This document shows positions 14,602 to 27,580 of a DNA stretch of 64,000 bases, in pieces; position 1 is the first letter of the stretch, and each line of letters starts with the position of its first letter. This DNA comes from Epiperipatus broadwayi (taxonomy: Eukaryota; Animalia; Onychophora). The DNA lies in assembly GCA_028023455.1 (NCBI GenBank), contig JAQFVV010000006.1, positions 11,780,001-11,844,000 on the forward strand, read 5' to 3'. The position numbers and the translations under genes are program-made. A model generated the notes under the pieces. That model was not told the DNA's origin. It searched no databases and saw nothing but the letters and a program-made list of their open reading frames with translations.

Positions 14602-16779
14602 GTAAATTTTTTTTTTTTTTTCCAATATTTAGTTCAACTTAGACTTTGGGTTTTTATTACATTAAAAAAAAATAAAGAATTTTTTTTTGTTTTTTAATAT
14701 GTATAACATAGTTTTAAAAAAAATATATTTTTTAAAGTCTTTTCATTCTTTTTGGGAAAAAAAAGTAGGTAAATTTTTTCTCGTTCAGGTTTAAGTTAAT
14801 AAAATTTAAAATAATCAATCTTAAACAAAATTGAAATAGACAATTAAAAATAAGTAAAAATTTATTTTACTTCTAACCAGGCGCTCATTTCTTTTTGGAA
14901 CCATATCAAGATGTTTCCTCTTTTTATACTCATATGTCCGACTACTTTATAGTAACTCCATTCAATAGACTTTTTTATATTTATACTACAATAAACATAA
15001 ATAGTAAAACACACACACACACACATATATATATATTATAACAGAATTACTTTTTCGACCGTTTGTAAATGTTTTAATTTACACCTTTTACGATCGACAC
15101 GACCGTTACCTCAAGCAAGAAGCCAATATAGACTAATTATTTAAGTCTATATTCCTGATCGAATACTGAGATTACCAATGGAATATTCCAGTATTATCTT
15201 TCCCGGTCAGACGCTTCTTCGGCTGCTGGATACTCATTCATAAGAATGATTTACTTAAAAAAATAATCCAGCGCTTGAAATATTTATAAAATTGTACGAG
15301 ATTTAATATTACTGTATTATATCGACACGTGTACTTTTACTAGAATAAATGTCTACTTAGTATTTTATAAACCCTACGGGTATATCATTATAATTGGTAT
15401 GGTGGAGAAGGAAAGATGAGACATAAAGAGCTATTTATAAATAAATACTGTTTAATACAATACATTCAATACATATTTAAGACATAATATTAAAACATAA
15501 AATAATAAGAAATCATTAGCATAATACAAATTACATTTAATTTAACCATTCACACTAATAATGATAATTCTTTGATACTAAACTTTTATATGTAGATATT
15601 TATAGCTTATAGTCTTTTCTTCACGTATTCTTTGATATAGAAAAACTACTAATTATTTGGTTCATTCAGATTCACATTTGCAATTGCATTTTTAATTTCT
15701 GTGGCCATTTACGAAAGTGTGTGCACGCGTGATATATTTAAAGTTTAATTACCTAGGTTTTCTGGACGTTGACGAGTGAATTGTTACCCATCATGTGGAT
15801 TACTCCACTTCTTTTGGAGAGATGGAAATTCTTGGGATCCGGCTGGATTCTTTCTTGCAGCTCATTTAGGTCGTATTCTTGCGGCTTCAATGACAGGGAA
15901 GGTGAACCATCAGGCAGGTGCTATCTCTACTATTACTTCATGGGGAAGTTGACTTTACACCCAAGGCGGCGTGGATCAACTGGCGTCTATTTGTGGCCCC
16001 TTAGCCCAGCATTCTCGATGTTTCAACTTCTTGGTACATTTTTGTTCATATATAAAACACAGCTCTCGAACTACTCTGTCTTTCAGCTCAGCAGACTCAA
16101 GAAGAACTAAACATAGCTCCTTCTTTCAACTTCTTACTTAATTGTCCCAGAATCCTTTTCTTATCTTCTTGATTGTTTCTCGGAATGTCATTAATTACAT
16201 TTCACACCTTTATTTTACTTTCATAAAATACATAAAATTTTCTTCTTGTTTTTTATTTATTTATTTTTTTTATTTTATTTACTTCCATGATATTTTCATT
16301 TCTTTTTTAATAAAATAATTTTTTTATTTACACACTCTTTATTTCCTTCACATAGCCATACATATTTCATGCATTCACATGTGTAGTTTGAAGAGACGAT
16401 CTCTATCTTTTTTATAAATCTATTTATTTTTATTTATAATTGCGACTGAAATTTATGATTGCTAATTCTACAATCATTAACCCCTTTTTATTTACTTTTC
16501 CCTTTAAGACTTAATCACCAACTTCGATGATCCTATTTTACTATTCTCTTAACTTTACTATTTTTAAAATTTTAAAAAAGTTGACATTGGAAGGTGAAAG
16601 ATAAGGATCTTGGTTGCTTACCTTCCTTCACTTTCTTTAATTACCATAATTGATTCTGCTTTTAATTGCATTCCTCAACTAACATTTTGATTTTTTAATT
16701 AAAACTAACTTAAAATAAATTTATTTTCTTTTCTAAATTTATTATCCAATTTCTATGAATTAGTTTACATATAAAACTC

Positions 16780-19140
16780 ACATTTAATATTATGCTATAT
16801 ATTAAATGTACACATGTGTGTTCACAGTATGTGTGATCATCATAATATATATGTAAAACTGAATACATTTTTAAACATATTACAATCTAATTTTTTTTAA
16901 TCAAATTTACAATACAATCTACAATAATATTTTATTAATAACTGTAAAGTTTTCAATAATCTAATAATGCTGACGTCCCCCCTTATTGTAATGGGTCTTT
17001 AACCATGTTTAAACATTTATTTGAATTTTTTTGAATATACAAAGTTTTATAATATTTTTTTTCCTTGTAATATTTAACATATTTTATTACTTAATATAAT
17101 AATCAATGTAAATAAAATTGAAACTAACAACTAATTATATTATACTGGGTTCATTTGAAAAAGCTCTTTTTGAGCTTGTAATACTTTATCATTCTTTATT
17201 TTACTTTAAAAGCTTAATCTTATTTTCGATCTTTAATCTTTATACCAATATTCATCTTTAATCTTTTTCAGTAACATATTAATCTTTAATATTTATTCTT
17301 GATCTGCTTAATAACTGAATATTTTATCGTTAACCTTATTAATTTAACTTTATTAAACTTTTTATCACGCTTAATACATAACTTAATTGGTAATTATTAT
17401 TTTATATCTTTTTGCTTTGGCGAGTTTAATTTATTATTATCAAACTCAATACATATTTCTTCTTTATATTTCTTTTTTCTTATATTCATGGCATGAGTTT
17501 TTTAATATCTTCTTATTTACTCATTTTATTCTTTATTATAAGACCTTTATTTTATTATTATTTACTTTATGCAATTATTCAATTATCTTTTTAATATTTA
17601 TGGGAACAGACTCACTTCAAGCAGAGGGGAGAATACCATTGATGACTTAACCGTCAATGATGCCCATGGCCAGATTGAGGCTATACAAAGTATACCTATG
17701 ACCACATTTCCTAACTGTAACCCACCTCAACTGCTGGAACAAAAACACTGGGTAGTTTTATAATAGCGTGTTGAAACCGCTTGAGGGTGTGGTTTGTTTG
17801 TAAACAAAGATAAATATAATGTTTCCGGGGCCGGGGTTTTTTTGGTTTGTTTATCACATTTAAAAGTAATATCAAATAAATTTTTTTTAACAAAAAAAAA
17901 TGCATAAATCAAATTGAATTTCAAACAGGTCTTAATTTTGATTCTTTTCGTTATTTATATTTTCGGGCCGGCGTTTTTTTTTGTTTGGTTTATTTATCAC
18001 AATTTAAAAGTAATATCAAATCAATTTTAACAAAAACAAAAAAAAAATACTTAAATCAAAATTAATTTTAAAAAAAAGTAGTTACTTTTTATTTCTTTTC
18101 ATTACTTATATTTTCGGTTTTGTATTCTATAAAATCATACCCCCTTTTTTTTTTTGTAAATTACAAATAAATATATTTTTCCATTTAACGGTAACATTTA
18201 CAACAAAAAGTCAAACTTTGGGGATGGGGGGGGGAGGCGGGGAATTACAATTCTTAACAAAACGGGCTAACGCAACTCGAAGGTGGACAAACTTTTTTTT
18301 ACGGTAATTACAAAAACAAATAATATATACGGGCAATTAAAACCAACTTTTTTGGCTCTTCAGGAACAGCATGCATGCAGCTTCAAGCTCTTGTTTGATA
18401 ACCCTTCCAGCAGTCAGAGAACCTTTGACATTCGGAAACTTTCCTATTTCAGCCATTTTATTAAGCTCACAGTTGTTCTCACAGAAATGTGACTTAGAGC
18501 GGGATTTGATCAAAATCGCGCCTACACCTACACTTGACGAATTTTTTGAGCAGGAAATCTGGGCTTTGGAAGCATGAGACTATGCTCATAATTGTTAGTA
18601 GACATTCATAAAACATGGGAGATAGAAGGGGAAAAGGTCTTAATGAATATTAAAATAGTTTTGACATTCGGAATTCCAGCCAACCTCACACAATACTGTA
18701 CCCAAAAGTGAAATGTGATCGCACATCAAAAATGCGTAACACAAATCTGAGCTGTAAACTGACACGATAGCTTCTGCTGCAGATTGAACATCAGGTTTCT
18801 GTGCATTAACATAGAAATAGACCTAGCCACCACGTATCAACGAACTATTTCTAGGCTTACGAATTAGAAATAGAAAGTTCAATAGCGGAGGCCGCCTAAA
18901 TGGTATATTTCTGCACGCTATCATAGAAATAACGCCCTCAGGCGGTTTCAACACCCTATTATAAAACTACCAAACCCTGCCATCCAAAGCATTTTATTTG
19001 TTTTGAGAACCAAACTCAGATGCCGCCCGACCATATGTTCTATAGCCAGTATGCTCGAACGACAGTCACACCAATTCAGCACTTGAAATATCCCAAACTA
19101 ACTTTTACTCTTAATCAGGGGGTCCAGCGCATTTAACTTA
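16780..19140 (-). mobile_element. Possible decayed non-LTR retrotransposon 3' half (R1/Outcast-like), interrupted by the 17751-18971 element
   Basis: Minus-strand fragments VIGILCIASIWPWA, VINGILP and DDHTYCE resemble the post-RT and C-terminal zinc-knuckle wording of R1-type elements, in the right order. Many stops and frameshifts. Confidence 0.3.
17751..18971. mobile_element. Non-autonomous TIR DNA transposon, Merlin-like termini (1221 bp)
   Basis: About 41-bp imperfect TIRs starting GGTAGTTTTATAATAG (17751-17791 and 18931-18971). 8-bp TSD AAACACTG / AAACCCTG (7/8). Subterminal ~140-bp tandem repeats at about 17815-18120. No transposase recognised. Confidence 0.8.
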
Positions 19141-19363
19141 ACATATACCAATATTTACATCTTTAAATCAATGCTGACACAGTGACCAGAGAGAGAGAGA
19201 GAATAGAACAAATAATAATTAAGCAAACATTAGTATTTATTCATGCAAACATATTTAATATAACAACAATATAAAATTTTACATAGAAAAATATAAATGA
19301 TTAGTTCAGGCTAAATTTTATGATAGTCCTTCATTAAAGTTCATTTCATTTAAAAAAATAAAC

Positions 19364-19401
19364 TCAGATATTCTACGGTGATATCACCGTAGAATATCTG
19401 A
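19364..19401. repeat. Perfect 38-bp palindrome
   Basis: TCAGATATTCTACGGTGAT|ATCACCGTAGAATATCTGA has no spacer. It extends 6 more bp after a single mismatch. Confidence 0.95.
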
Positions 19402-20516
19402 CTTTATTACATATATAAACTACACATTTCATTATTTAAAAAAATAAAGTGTAGACAATTATTATTGAAAATATATTTACCTAGATTTTTCATATTAGCT
19501 GACACAGTTCATTTGGCTTTGGTTTTCATTAGTGTTACTTTCCAACAGGTTGTCTTTAATCCCCGTCGATGGTTTGAGGGCTTGTCTTCCATTCTTCGGC
19601 TCGACAGTGGGAGAGAGAGAGTAGTGGCAGCATGTATTTCATGACATAAGCATTAGTTCTGAGTGTTGGTTCCAAGTGGCGTTTTGGCGGAGGACTTGGG
19701 GCATGAAGCCCAGTCAAACACTTCTCAGGCTGTCTAGCAACCCATGTTGCTAGTTCTGTAGGTTCGGTATTCATGTCTGCAGCAGTAGTGACTGGTTTGT
19801 TATGGTACTTAAAAAATCTCCAAATATCTGGCTCTGACTGAATCTCAAGAAAGAATATCAATATCAATTTTTGAATGAAAAATGAATCACCAGAAACAAT
19901 GGAATGAATATAGCAATAGCTAGCTATGATCTTTATACTTTTTCTTTCCCATTGTTCTTTTCCTTGTCATAGCTTAATTTTTATCACAATTTAAATTATT
20001 TTTTTAAATTAATTTTTACATTTTCTTTAATCTAATCTTTTTTTTTTTAGATTAATCTACTATCTTATCGCATTTATGCTGATGAGATAGTTTACATGGT
20101 TTGTAATTTATTCAGTTGTCAATTTTAATTTTATTATCAGTTTACCAGCATTCAAAAAGTTTACTTTCATTAATTAATTAATTTTTTTTATTTAAGATTT
20201 TTCACTAAGATTTATTTTTAGACATTTATTCTTTTAACTTATTTTAATTTATAAAAAGGAGGGTGAGTTTTTACATTTTTTTTTTCTAATTTTTTTCCCC
20301 ACCCCACTTCTAATAATTAGCTTTATTCTATTTTAAAAGAATAATATAACACAATCTTTTATTTCTTACAAACTTATGTTTTAAAATATACTTCTTAACT
20401 AATGACTTCTCTTTCTTAATAAATTTGATCATATATTTTTAAATTATGAAATTTGTAATGCAGATATGTGTGAGTTTTTATAACATATATCTCGCTAGCA
20501 TTACAGTATTTACAAA

Positions 20517-20627
20517 TATTTAATTATCAACCCGACTTTCATCTTTTATTGAGACCTTTTTAAAATATATAGTGTATATCTTGAAACAATCTCAACAAGA
20601 AATGAAAGCCGGGTTGATAATTAAATA
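20517..20627. repeat. Inverted repeat: 38-bp stem with 35-nt loop
   Basis: 20517-20554 pairs with 20590-20627 with 3 mismatches and 1 G-U pair. Confidence 0.85.
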
Positions 20628-22004
20628 ATTGAAAATATAATTAGTTGTTGTTTTCAATTTTATTTAGATTGATTATTATATTAAGTATATATCTAAAACA
20701 ACATTGTGAACAAATAATTTTTATATTGGTTGTTTGATCATTGTATATATTTTATTACTTGAATTTTTTTCTCATAGTTCATTCTATGACCGGTATTCAA
20801 AAAATGAATATATGGCCTTAATTTTGTACTGTTTTTATTAATTGCCCTATCATGCTCCTTACTTCTTTTAATGGCAGTTTTTGCTAACTGACCTATATAT
20901 GGCATATTGCAATGGTCTATAATCTGGTGATCAGATTTACGCTAATGATTATAAAGATTTAGGATTTATATTTCAGATAGCTAGGCCATAAGAATTCATT
21001 TAGTAAGCCAATTATTGATCAATAAATGATTATCTATTTTTTTTTAGCTTAGAAGCTAAAAGAAGGATGGAAAAACAAATCTTTTTTCAAAGTTGGATAA
21101 TCTGATGAGTAATGCCTTATCTTTTACTGTTTTTTTTTTTTTTTGGTGGTGGAGGTGGGTGGGTGGGGGGAGGAATCATTGGAAAAATATTTGCTTTTAA
21201 AGGAGCTAAATTAATGACTTACTACTTTTTATTCTGGAAAGTTTGTGAAGTTTTTATTCAGTGTTAGTACGGGGTATTTTTTTTATTTTATTGTGTATTT
21301 AATTATGGCTTTAGTGTTAACTTGATTAGATTAACACAAAATTGAAAACAATATTATATCTCCTTATATATTTATATTCTTGATTTTACTTTAGGTTATT
21401 TTTCTAATTCAGTGTGAATGTTGATAATTTAATAAATGGATGTGATTTTAATGTTTCAATAGTTTTTGTGTGTGTTTTTTTTTTTTATCTCAAAAGTAAA
21501 TCATAGTGGCTTTTACTATTGTATCCTTTCAAAATTTAAAGATTACTTCCACATTTTTTATTAATGGATTTAGCTTGACATTTGTAAACATAATAAAATT
21601 GTTGTGGTGGTGAAATAGTAAGACAATGTATCTATTTGTGCCCCCTCTCCCATGCTAATTTTATTGAACAGATTTTTACCACTGTTGATGTAAACGGCAA
21701 AGTAATTCCTTGAGAAAAATTAAGCTTCACAAATTTGGAATATAAAGAAGTTATATGAATTAATAATATTTTTTTAAACTTATTTATGGAACTAGTAAAA
21801 TATGAATACATTACTATATTAATTTACAAGTGATTTATTTTATGGGCTTATTATAATTATTAGAATTAATAATCTAAAATATTCACTACTCCTTCATTTT
21901 TTTTTTGTATTACTTAAATCAATCTACTAAAAATCCTTTTTTCTTAGTACTTTTTGCAATGTTATTCATTAAATTGTTTGACAATTTTAACTGTTTATAT
22001 AAAT

Positions 22005-22491
22005 CAGAGGTTGGCAAACCACAGCTTAAGGCTTCTCACTGACGAAGGCCACAAGCCAGAAACTAGTTTGGGGATATTGGATGAGTAGGCACTAGATATG
22101 GATTTTATGCCCAAGCCTTCTGGCATCCATTGATTACTCTGGTTAGCACAAGGTGGCACTACTATATGGAGTTTTTGCCTGTTCAGTAATTATTGTATAT
22201 GATAAATATTTAAATATTAGAAAGTTGTTAATAAATCTCAAACTGCCAATGTAGTTTTTGTTTTGATTTATTTGCATTTAAGAGAATTTTTATTTTCCTT
22301 AGGATGTATACATCTTGTATTATGTTCTGTTACTAAAATAAATGTTCATATATATCCACAGCCATTCACAAATTCGTAATTTTCAGGAACATATTTTTCA
22401 CCTATACTTCTTTGCCTGCGTTCTTAAATGGGAGAAGAGGGTGAGATTTAAATAAAACGTCTCTTCATGTTAAAATGTTGGCCAACCCCTG
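22005..22491. mobile_element. hAT-superfamily MITE (Buster/Charlie-like), 487 bp, containing a family A repeat
   Basis: 15-bp TIRs CAGAGGTTGGCAAAC / GTTGGCCAACCCCTG. 8-bp TSD ATATAAAT / GTATAAAT with central TA, typical of Buster-type hATs. Confidence 0.8.
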
Positions 22492-22530
22492 GTATAAATA
22501 AATAAGAAATAATATAATACAATTGTATTT

Positions 22531-22576
22531 TACTGCTCTGAAGAAGTCTGCCAAACAGTCAAAACTATTAGACAGT
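22531..22576 (+). repeat. Repeat family B hammerhead-like core (G12 to A mutated)
   Basis: tactgct-CTGAAGA-A-gtctg-ccaaa-cagtc-AAAAC-tatt-agacagt. The downstream agacagt pairs with upstream actgct with one bulge. Confidence 0.6.
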
Positions 22577-23548
22577 TTTATAAAAGTATTGTGAAAAATG
22601 TGAAGAAAAAGTGATTTTTTTTGCTTTTGTTTTTAGATATTTATAAATTAATCATCACAGTCGTATTCTTGGATTATTTTATCTGTCTAAAAATGAAACT
22701 GTGATATATTTGAGATTGAGTTTTTAGTTTTTTAACTTTTTTATTGAAATTCTAAGGATTGTTGTTTTTATAGTCGGAGTTGATGAAATGAATTGAAGAT
22801 TAATATTTGTGTTTTTAAAATTGATATCAAAAACTTGATTTTAAGATCAAATATTCTGTTTAAATTAGAAACATCAGTCTCTTAAACACTTTGATTATAT
22901 CTCTTTTACATTATGGATCTGTTATTTGGAATTCATATTATTATTCAATATAAAAAAATTATAAAACTTGGAAAGCAAATATTTTTAATGTATTTATAAA
23001 GATAAACCTTGTCTAAAGAAAATGAATGAGATGTACAAAAAAGAGATTGGTAATACAGGCATGTCATTTTTATTTAAATGAAATTAGTATATGGCAAGTA
23101 TTCAAGTGTGCCAACTCAAAAATATCATTCAGAATTCCATCATTTAATTCTAGATATGATGAACTAATTTATTTATATGGCTTGAAACATTATTAATTCC
23201 TCTTTGCATTGGCTGCAATTAGAATATAATAGCTTGTTTACAGAGGTTGATACGTTTTTTTAAAATCTATATGATGTTTAAAACAAATAAAAGCAATAGT
23301 ATGCTGAAATCATTAATATATTTTTTAAATTTATATTTTTGCACATTTTTTAAAAATAATAGTAATAATAACAGCTTAGTGTTGTTTCTAAAACTAAAGT
23401 ATATCATTATATAATGGCAGTGCTACCTAATTTAGATAAAGAACATTTTTCAACTGATACCATCAGTAAATTATTTAATTACTATTTGGTACATAAAATT
23501 ACTGCCTGATAAAACTTAGTTTAATATGTTAGATGTCATCTTGGCTAA

Positions 23549-23716
23549 TCTTCAGAAATATTACCAAATTCACCACTTTCTTTATTTTCCAGTAATATCT
23601 TATATAAATGCATTTATCCACTGTACTTTAAACACTTTTTAGCAAAAACCTTTCATTGTACATATATGCACACATAAACTTATGTTTCGACTGTCCTGCA
23701 GTCTTTTTCAGAGCCA
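23549..23716 (-). repeat. Repeat family B copy, ~160-nt unit between two CTGA(A/N)GA-like cores
   Basis: The minus strand reads ctCTGAAAA-A-GACTG-CAGGA-CAGTC-GAAACATAAG, then sequence matching 10565-10700 in reverse. A second TCTTCAG core remnant lies at 23549-23555. Confidence 0.7.
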
Positions 23717-24305
23717 TTTTTACTTTAACCTTATTTTTTTTTAATATTTATTTGTGTATAAAAAAAGTTTTTTTATTTTATTGTTACACTACTTTATGTT
23801 TTATTTTAAAGTATTAGATATAATGAAAATAGTAATATTGAATTTGAATTGATTGAAAAATGGAGTACAATTTTAATAACCAGTTTGTCCATCATTCTTT
23901 CTTTTAAAAACTTTTATTCCTTATGTTTCAAATTATACTCTATGTGTCAAACATATGATCTTTACGAAGGGCTCCATCCAATTTAATATCTTTTATTATT
24001 TAGTATAAGAAAAGTAAAGATATTTGATAAAGATCATAAGATATAGCTAAAACATAAAGTAGAGAATTTTGTAAAAAGTTATATGATTTATAATAAAACA
24101 AGTTATATGATTCATAATAAAACAAGTTTCTAGAAGAAAGAATGAAGGTAGATTTTTGGATATAATATTTATTAATGAACTAATCACTTTGAGAAACAAA
24201 AGAAAGGGAATGCAATTCTTATTAATTTATTAATAGTGTTTGAATAATTTTAATAAATAATTCTTTTAAACTTGTTTACATATTTCTAATTTTCTTTAAA
24301 ATAAG

Positions 24306-24423
24306 GCCCTTTTGAATTTGGGAAGTTCTGACCCCAGCTTACGTTCAGCAGCTTACAATCTACTTTGTGCTCTTACCGGTACATTTGATCTTAAAATTGA
24401 GGGTCAGCTCTTAGAAACAGCAG
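24306..24423 (+). CDS. Nf1: Neurofibromin exon 7, HEAT-like region
   Basis: aataag/gtaaat. ALLNLGSSDPSLRSAAYNLLCALTGTFDLKIEGQLLETA plus 1 nt. Confidence 0.96.
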
Positions 24424-24500
24424 GTAAATATAAAAAGTTGCTTTTTATTTTTTTTAAATTGTATGATTCGTATTGCTAATTTTTTTTTACTTCTTATAAG

Positions 24501-24684
24501 GTTTATGTATACCGTCGAACAACACCATATTTATTAAGTCAATTAGTGAGAAGCTGGCAGCTAATGAGCCCCATTTAACACTTGAATTTTTAGAAGAATG
24601 TATTCAAGGCTTCAGAGCATCAACAATTGAACTTAAACACTTATGTTTAGAATATATGACTCCTTGGCTACCAAATCTCACAAG
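24501..24684 (+). CDS. Nf1: Neurofibromin exon 8
   Basis: tataag/gtattt. (G)LCIPSNNTIFIKSISEKLAANEPHLTLEFLEECIQGFRASTIELKHLCLEYMTPWLPNLT(R). Confidence 0.97.
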
Positions 24685-26107
24685 GTATTTTTTTCAATAT
24701 TATTTTTATTGCATATATTTGTTTTCGTGAATTTTTTAATAAAATCATTAGAAACTGTAATATACACTGTATCAATATACACTACTTCAATTATATATTT
24801 CCTGAAAAAAAAATGTAAACAAACAAAAAAACAAAAACAATAAAATTTGTAGATTTAATCAATTTTACAATAGAGTATCAGCCAATTTTCCATCTACATG
24901 ATTGTGCTGAAAAAAGAAAAAAAAAGTTGTAAATTTAATATAAGTTTTACAATATGTTGACAACCATTTTTTTTTAATCTCCTAGTGTCATACAGAATCA
25001 TGTTTAATAATAATGTTTCTTCAACTTATGCTGAAAGTATATATATTTTACTCTTCACTTTATTATTCTTTCCAAATTTGATTTACAATATTTTGTATAG
25101 CAAAATGTTTTGTAAGCATAATGCTAAACGTTTTGTGAGATTTAAGAACATTTGAAAGTTGGTGTAAACTTAAATACATCAAAATAATTAAGGCATATTA
25201 TTGCTGTCAACAAGACTGCTACTATATTTCTATAAGAAAGAAAATTATTGAAAAGAAAGGATAGTGTCCAGACCATATTTAATTGTGATGTAAGTACAAA
25301 TTTTGCTATTCACTTTATTTACAGAAATAAAAATGTGGTACCATGGGTTTTTTATTTTTTGAGTGAATGGGAATAAGTAAATACTCAAATAGTTAATATA
25401 TATGTAAATGTGCCCTCTTAATTAAATTATTATTAATAACTACATTTTTATTTTTAATTATACTAGAATCTTAATTTGTAGATTATAGTATATATATAAA
25501 CATGTGTTGAAAGGTATTGTACATTTGCAGTTTAAGAAACAATATGTATTCAATTGTAATGAAAGATTATCCAAAAAACATGAGCCATTATACATGAAAT
25601 GGGTTTGGAACGAAATATAACATATCATAGCTCTACTGTAAATATATTTTCTACTTACACCTGAAAATGAGCCAGTGATTATTATTTGAATAGCAGGATT
25701 GTCTGTTATATGGTTGTGCTTATAACATATTCTCAAAATACTTGTTTTTGCCATTTCCAGAAAATGGATAATATAGGAGATAGTTTTGCATACATTTGCA
25801 AATAATGACGTTAATAATCTAAGACACTATGATTGTGGAGTAACAAAATTCTGAAAGTGCTTAGTCTGCAGAAATTATGATATTGAAAGCCTACAGAAAT
25901 TATTATATAAAAAAGTTTCACCGCAATGCATCAGCGTGTTATTAATAATAATGTTAAGTAACTATATTAAGTTAATTTGAAAAAATGAGTTTGCAGTAAG
26001 ATGAGAATGTGTGATTACGTAATTATATACACAAATGTAAATATAAATTATAAAATTAAAGAAAAGTTGCATTTTTTACTTTTGAATAAAAAATTTTATT
26101 GTCACAA

Positions 26108-26155
26108 TTGTAATTGCAGTTTCAGCCAAACTTCTTGGACCATCTTCAGGATTAA
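26108..26155 (-). repeat. Isolated Penelope-type end motif with hammerhead-like core
   Basis: Minus strand CTGAAGA-T-GGTC-caagaagttt-GGCT-GAAACTGCAATT. Stem II needs wobble pairs. Confidence 0.45.
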
Positions 26156-27415
26156 TTTTTTAAAAAAAACAAAATTTGCAAAGAAAGCTTGAAAAATTTA
26201 TTTATAAATGAATAAATAAAAATATTTTTTTTAAAATTAAATAATAGATAAAAATGGGAAATATTCTCTGTTTCTATTATACAATATCTATTCATTTTTG
26301 TGATGCATTGATAATTTTTGTGAATATTTAACTCATTAACACATACAAAATATTTCCTTTGGAGATTGGTGATGATAGCGTTCAGCTCTCTTTCACTCTC
26401 CTGAAGCCACCTGGAGCATTACTTTTCTGGTTTTGCATTCATTTTGATGGCAGAAACAGGAACTAAAATATATTGGTTTATTAGTTAAAAAAAGAAGTCT
26501 AAACAAGTCAGCATATTACAGCCAAAAGAAACTACAAAGTATCTGATCTCTGTCTATCATGTTATTGATTGGTTGTTTTTTTGCGAGATTAATTGCAAAC
26601 TCCTTAGCAATGAGCTAAAAAATTGTACATTTTCTTTAGTTATTTAAATATTTATGATTATTTTATACATAATTATTTAAAATCAAAAGTATACACGATT
26701 ACATTTTGATTTTAGTTGAACGTATTTTCTTTTTAAAAATACAATTAAAGAAATTCGTCGCAGTGGTAAATATGAAACTAGCCTAGTATGGAACTTTATT
26801 GATATTTTAATAATTATAAATACAATTTTAAATTTTAGAGATGAATTTCATAGATTTGTTATGACTTAACATTATTCTTACCGTATAAAGTGTGATAAAC
26901 AGAGTAGCTAAAATAAGAATAATTTTTATTATCCGACAGAGTTTTTGTATTATTTATGACTTAACATTAATTTGTTCCCATTTTACAAATGGAAGTTTGA
27001 TCATCAAAGATTTCATTATTTTTATTTTTTTCATTAGCATTGCTATAATCATCCATTAAGAAAAAGTAATTAAATTCTAATATATTTTTTTTTCTCCATT
27101 TGTAATTTTCAAATATGATTTTTTAGGATATTCTTCATTTGTAAACTTATATTTCTAATAAATCAAGCCCATTTTATTTAATTCTAATACATAATAAGGA
27201 TTCAAAAATTAAAATCAAATGTTGAACATTTACAAAAATTGCCACCAGGGTGAATGGAATGTCAACCCGCTGAAATATTTTGACATCACGATAGTGTTTT
27301 TAAAAGCAGACATTTTGTTAGGTTCACTTTCATTTTTTTTTTTACTCTGATGTAATTATTATATTAATATTTTGTATTGATATGCAGTTAATTTTTTTCT
27401 AACCATTTCGTATAG

Positions 27416-27503
27416 ATTTTGTAAGCATTCAGATGATGCCAAAAGACAAAAGGTTGCTCTCATTCTAGATAAACTTATTACAATGACCATAGATGAAGTT
27501 GAG
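27416..27503 (+). CDS. Nf1: Neurofibromin exon 9
   Basis: gtatag/gtaaat. FCKHSDDAKRQKVALILDKLITMTIDEVE. Confidence 0.96.
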
Positions 27504-27580
27504 GTAAATTTGTTAAGAATATTCTTCTACTTTTTGGTATTTGCTTACACATTCATACGGTTTATCATTTTCATTATTAG

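Noticed and set aside
15037-15392. Possible solo LTR (TATAA...TTATA ends, TATA-like box, AATAAA, small hairpins)
   Set aside because: The termini are not TG..CA, there is no TSD (ATAT vs ATTG), and the ends lie in AT microsatellite context.
21100-21125. CTGATGAGTAATGC, also at about 62983 and similar at about 9950, as hammerhead cores
   Set aside because: No GAAA follows the putative stem II in any copy, so the fold cannot be completed.
21145-21173. G-quadruplex-like runs (also 18220-18242 and 51549-51562)
   Set aside because: Simple G-rich microsatellite-like runs far from splice sites, with no evidence of function.
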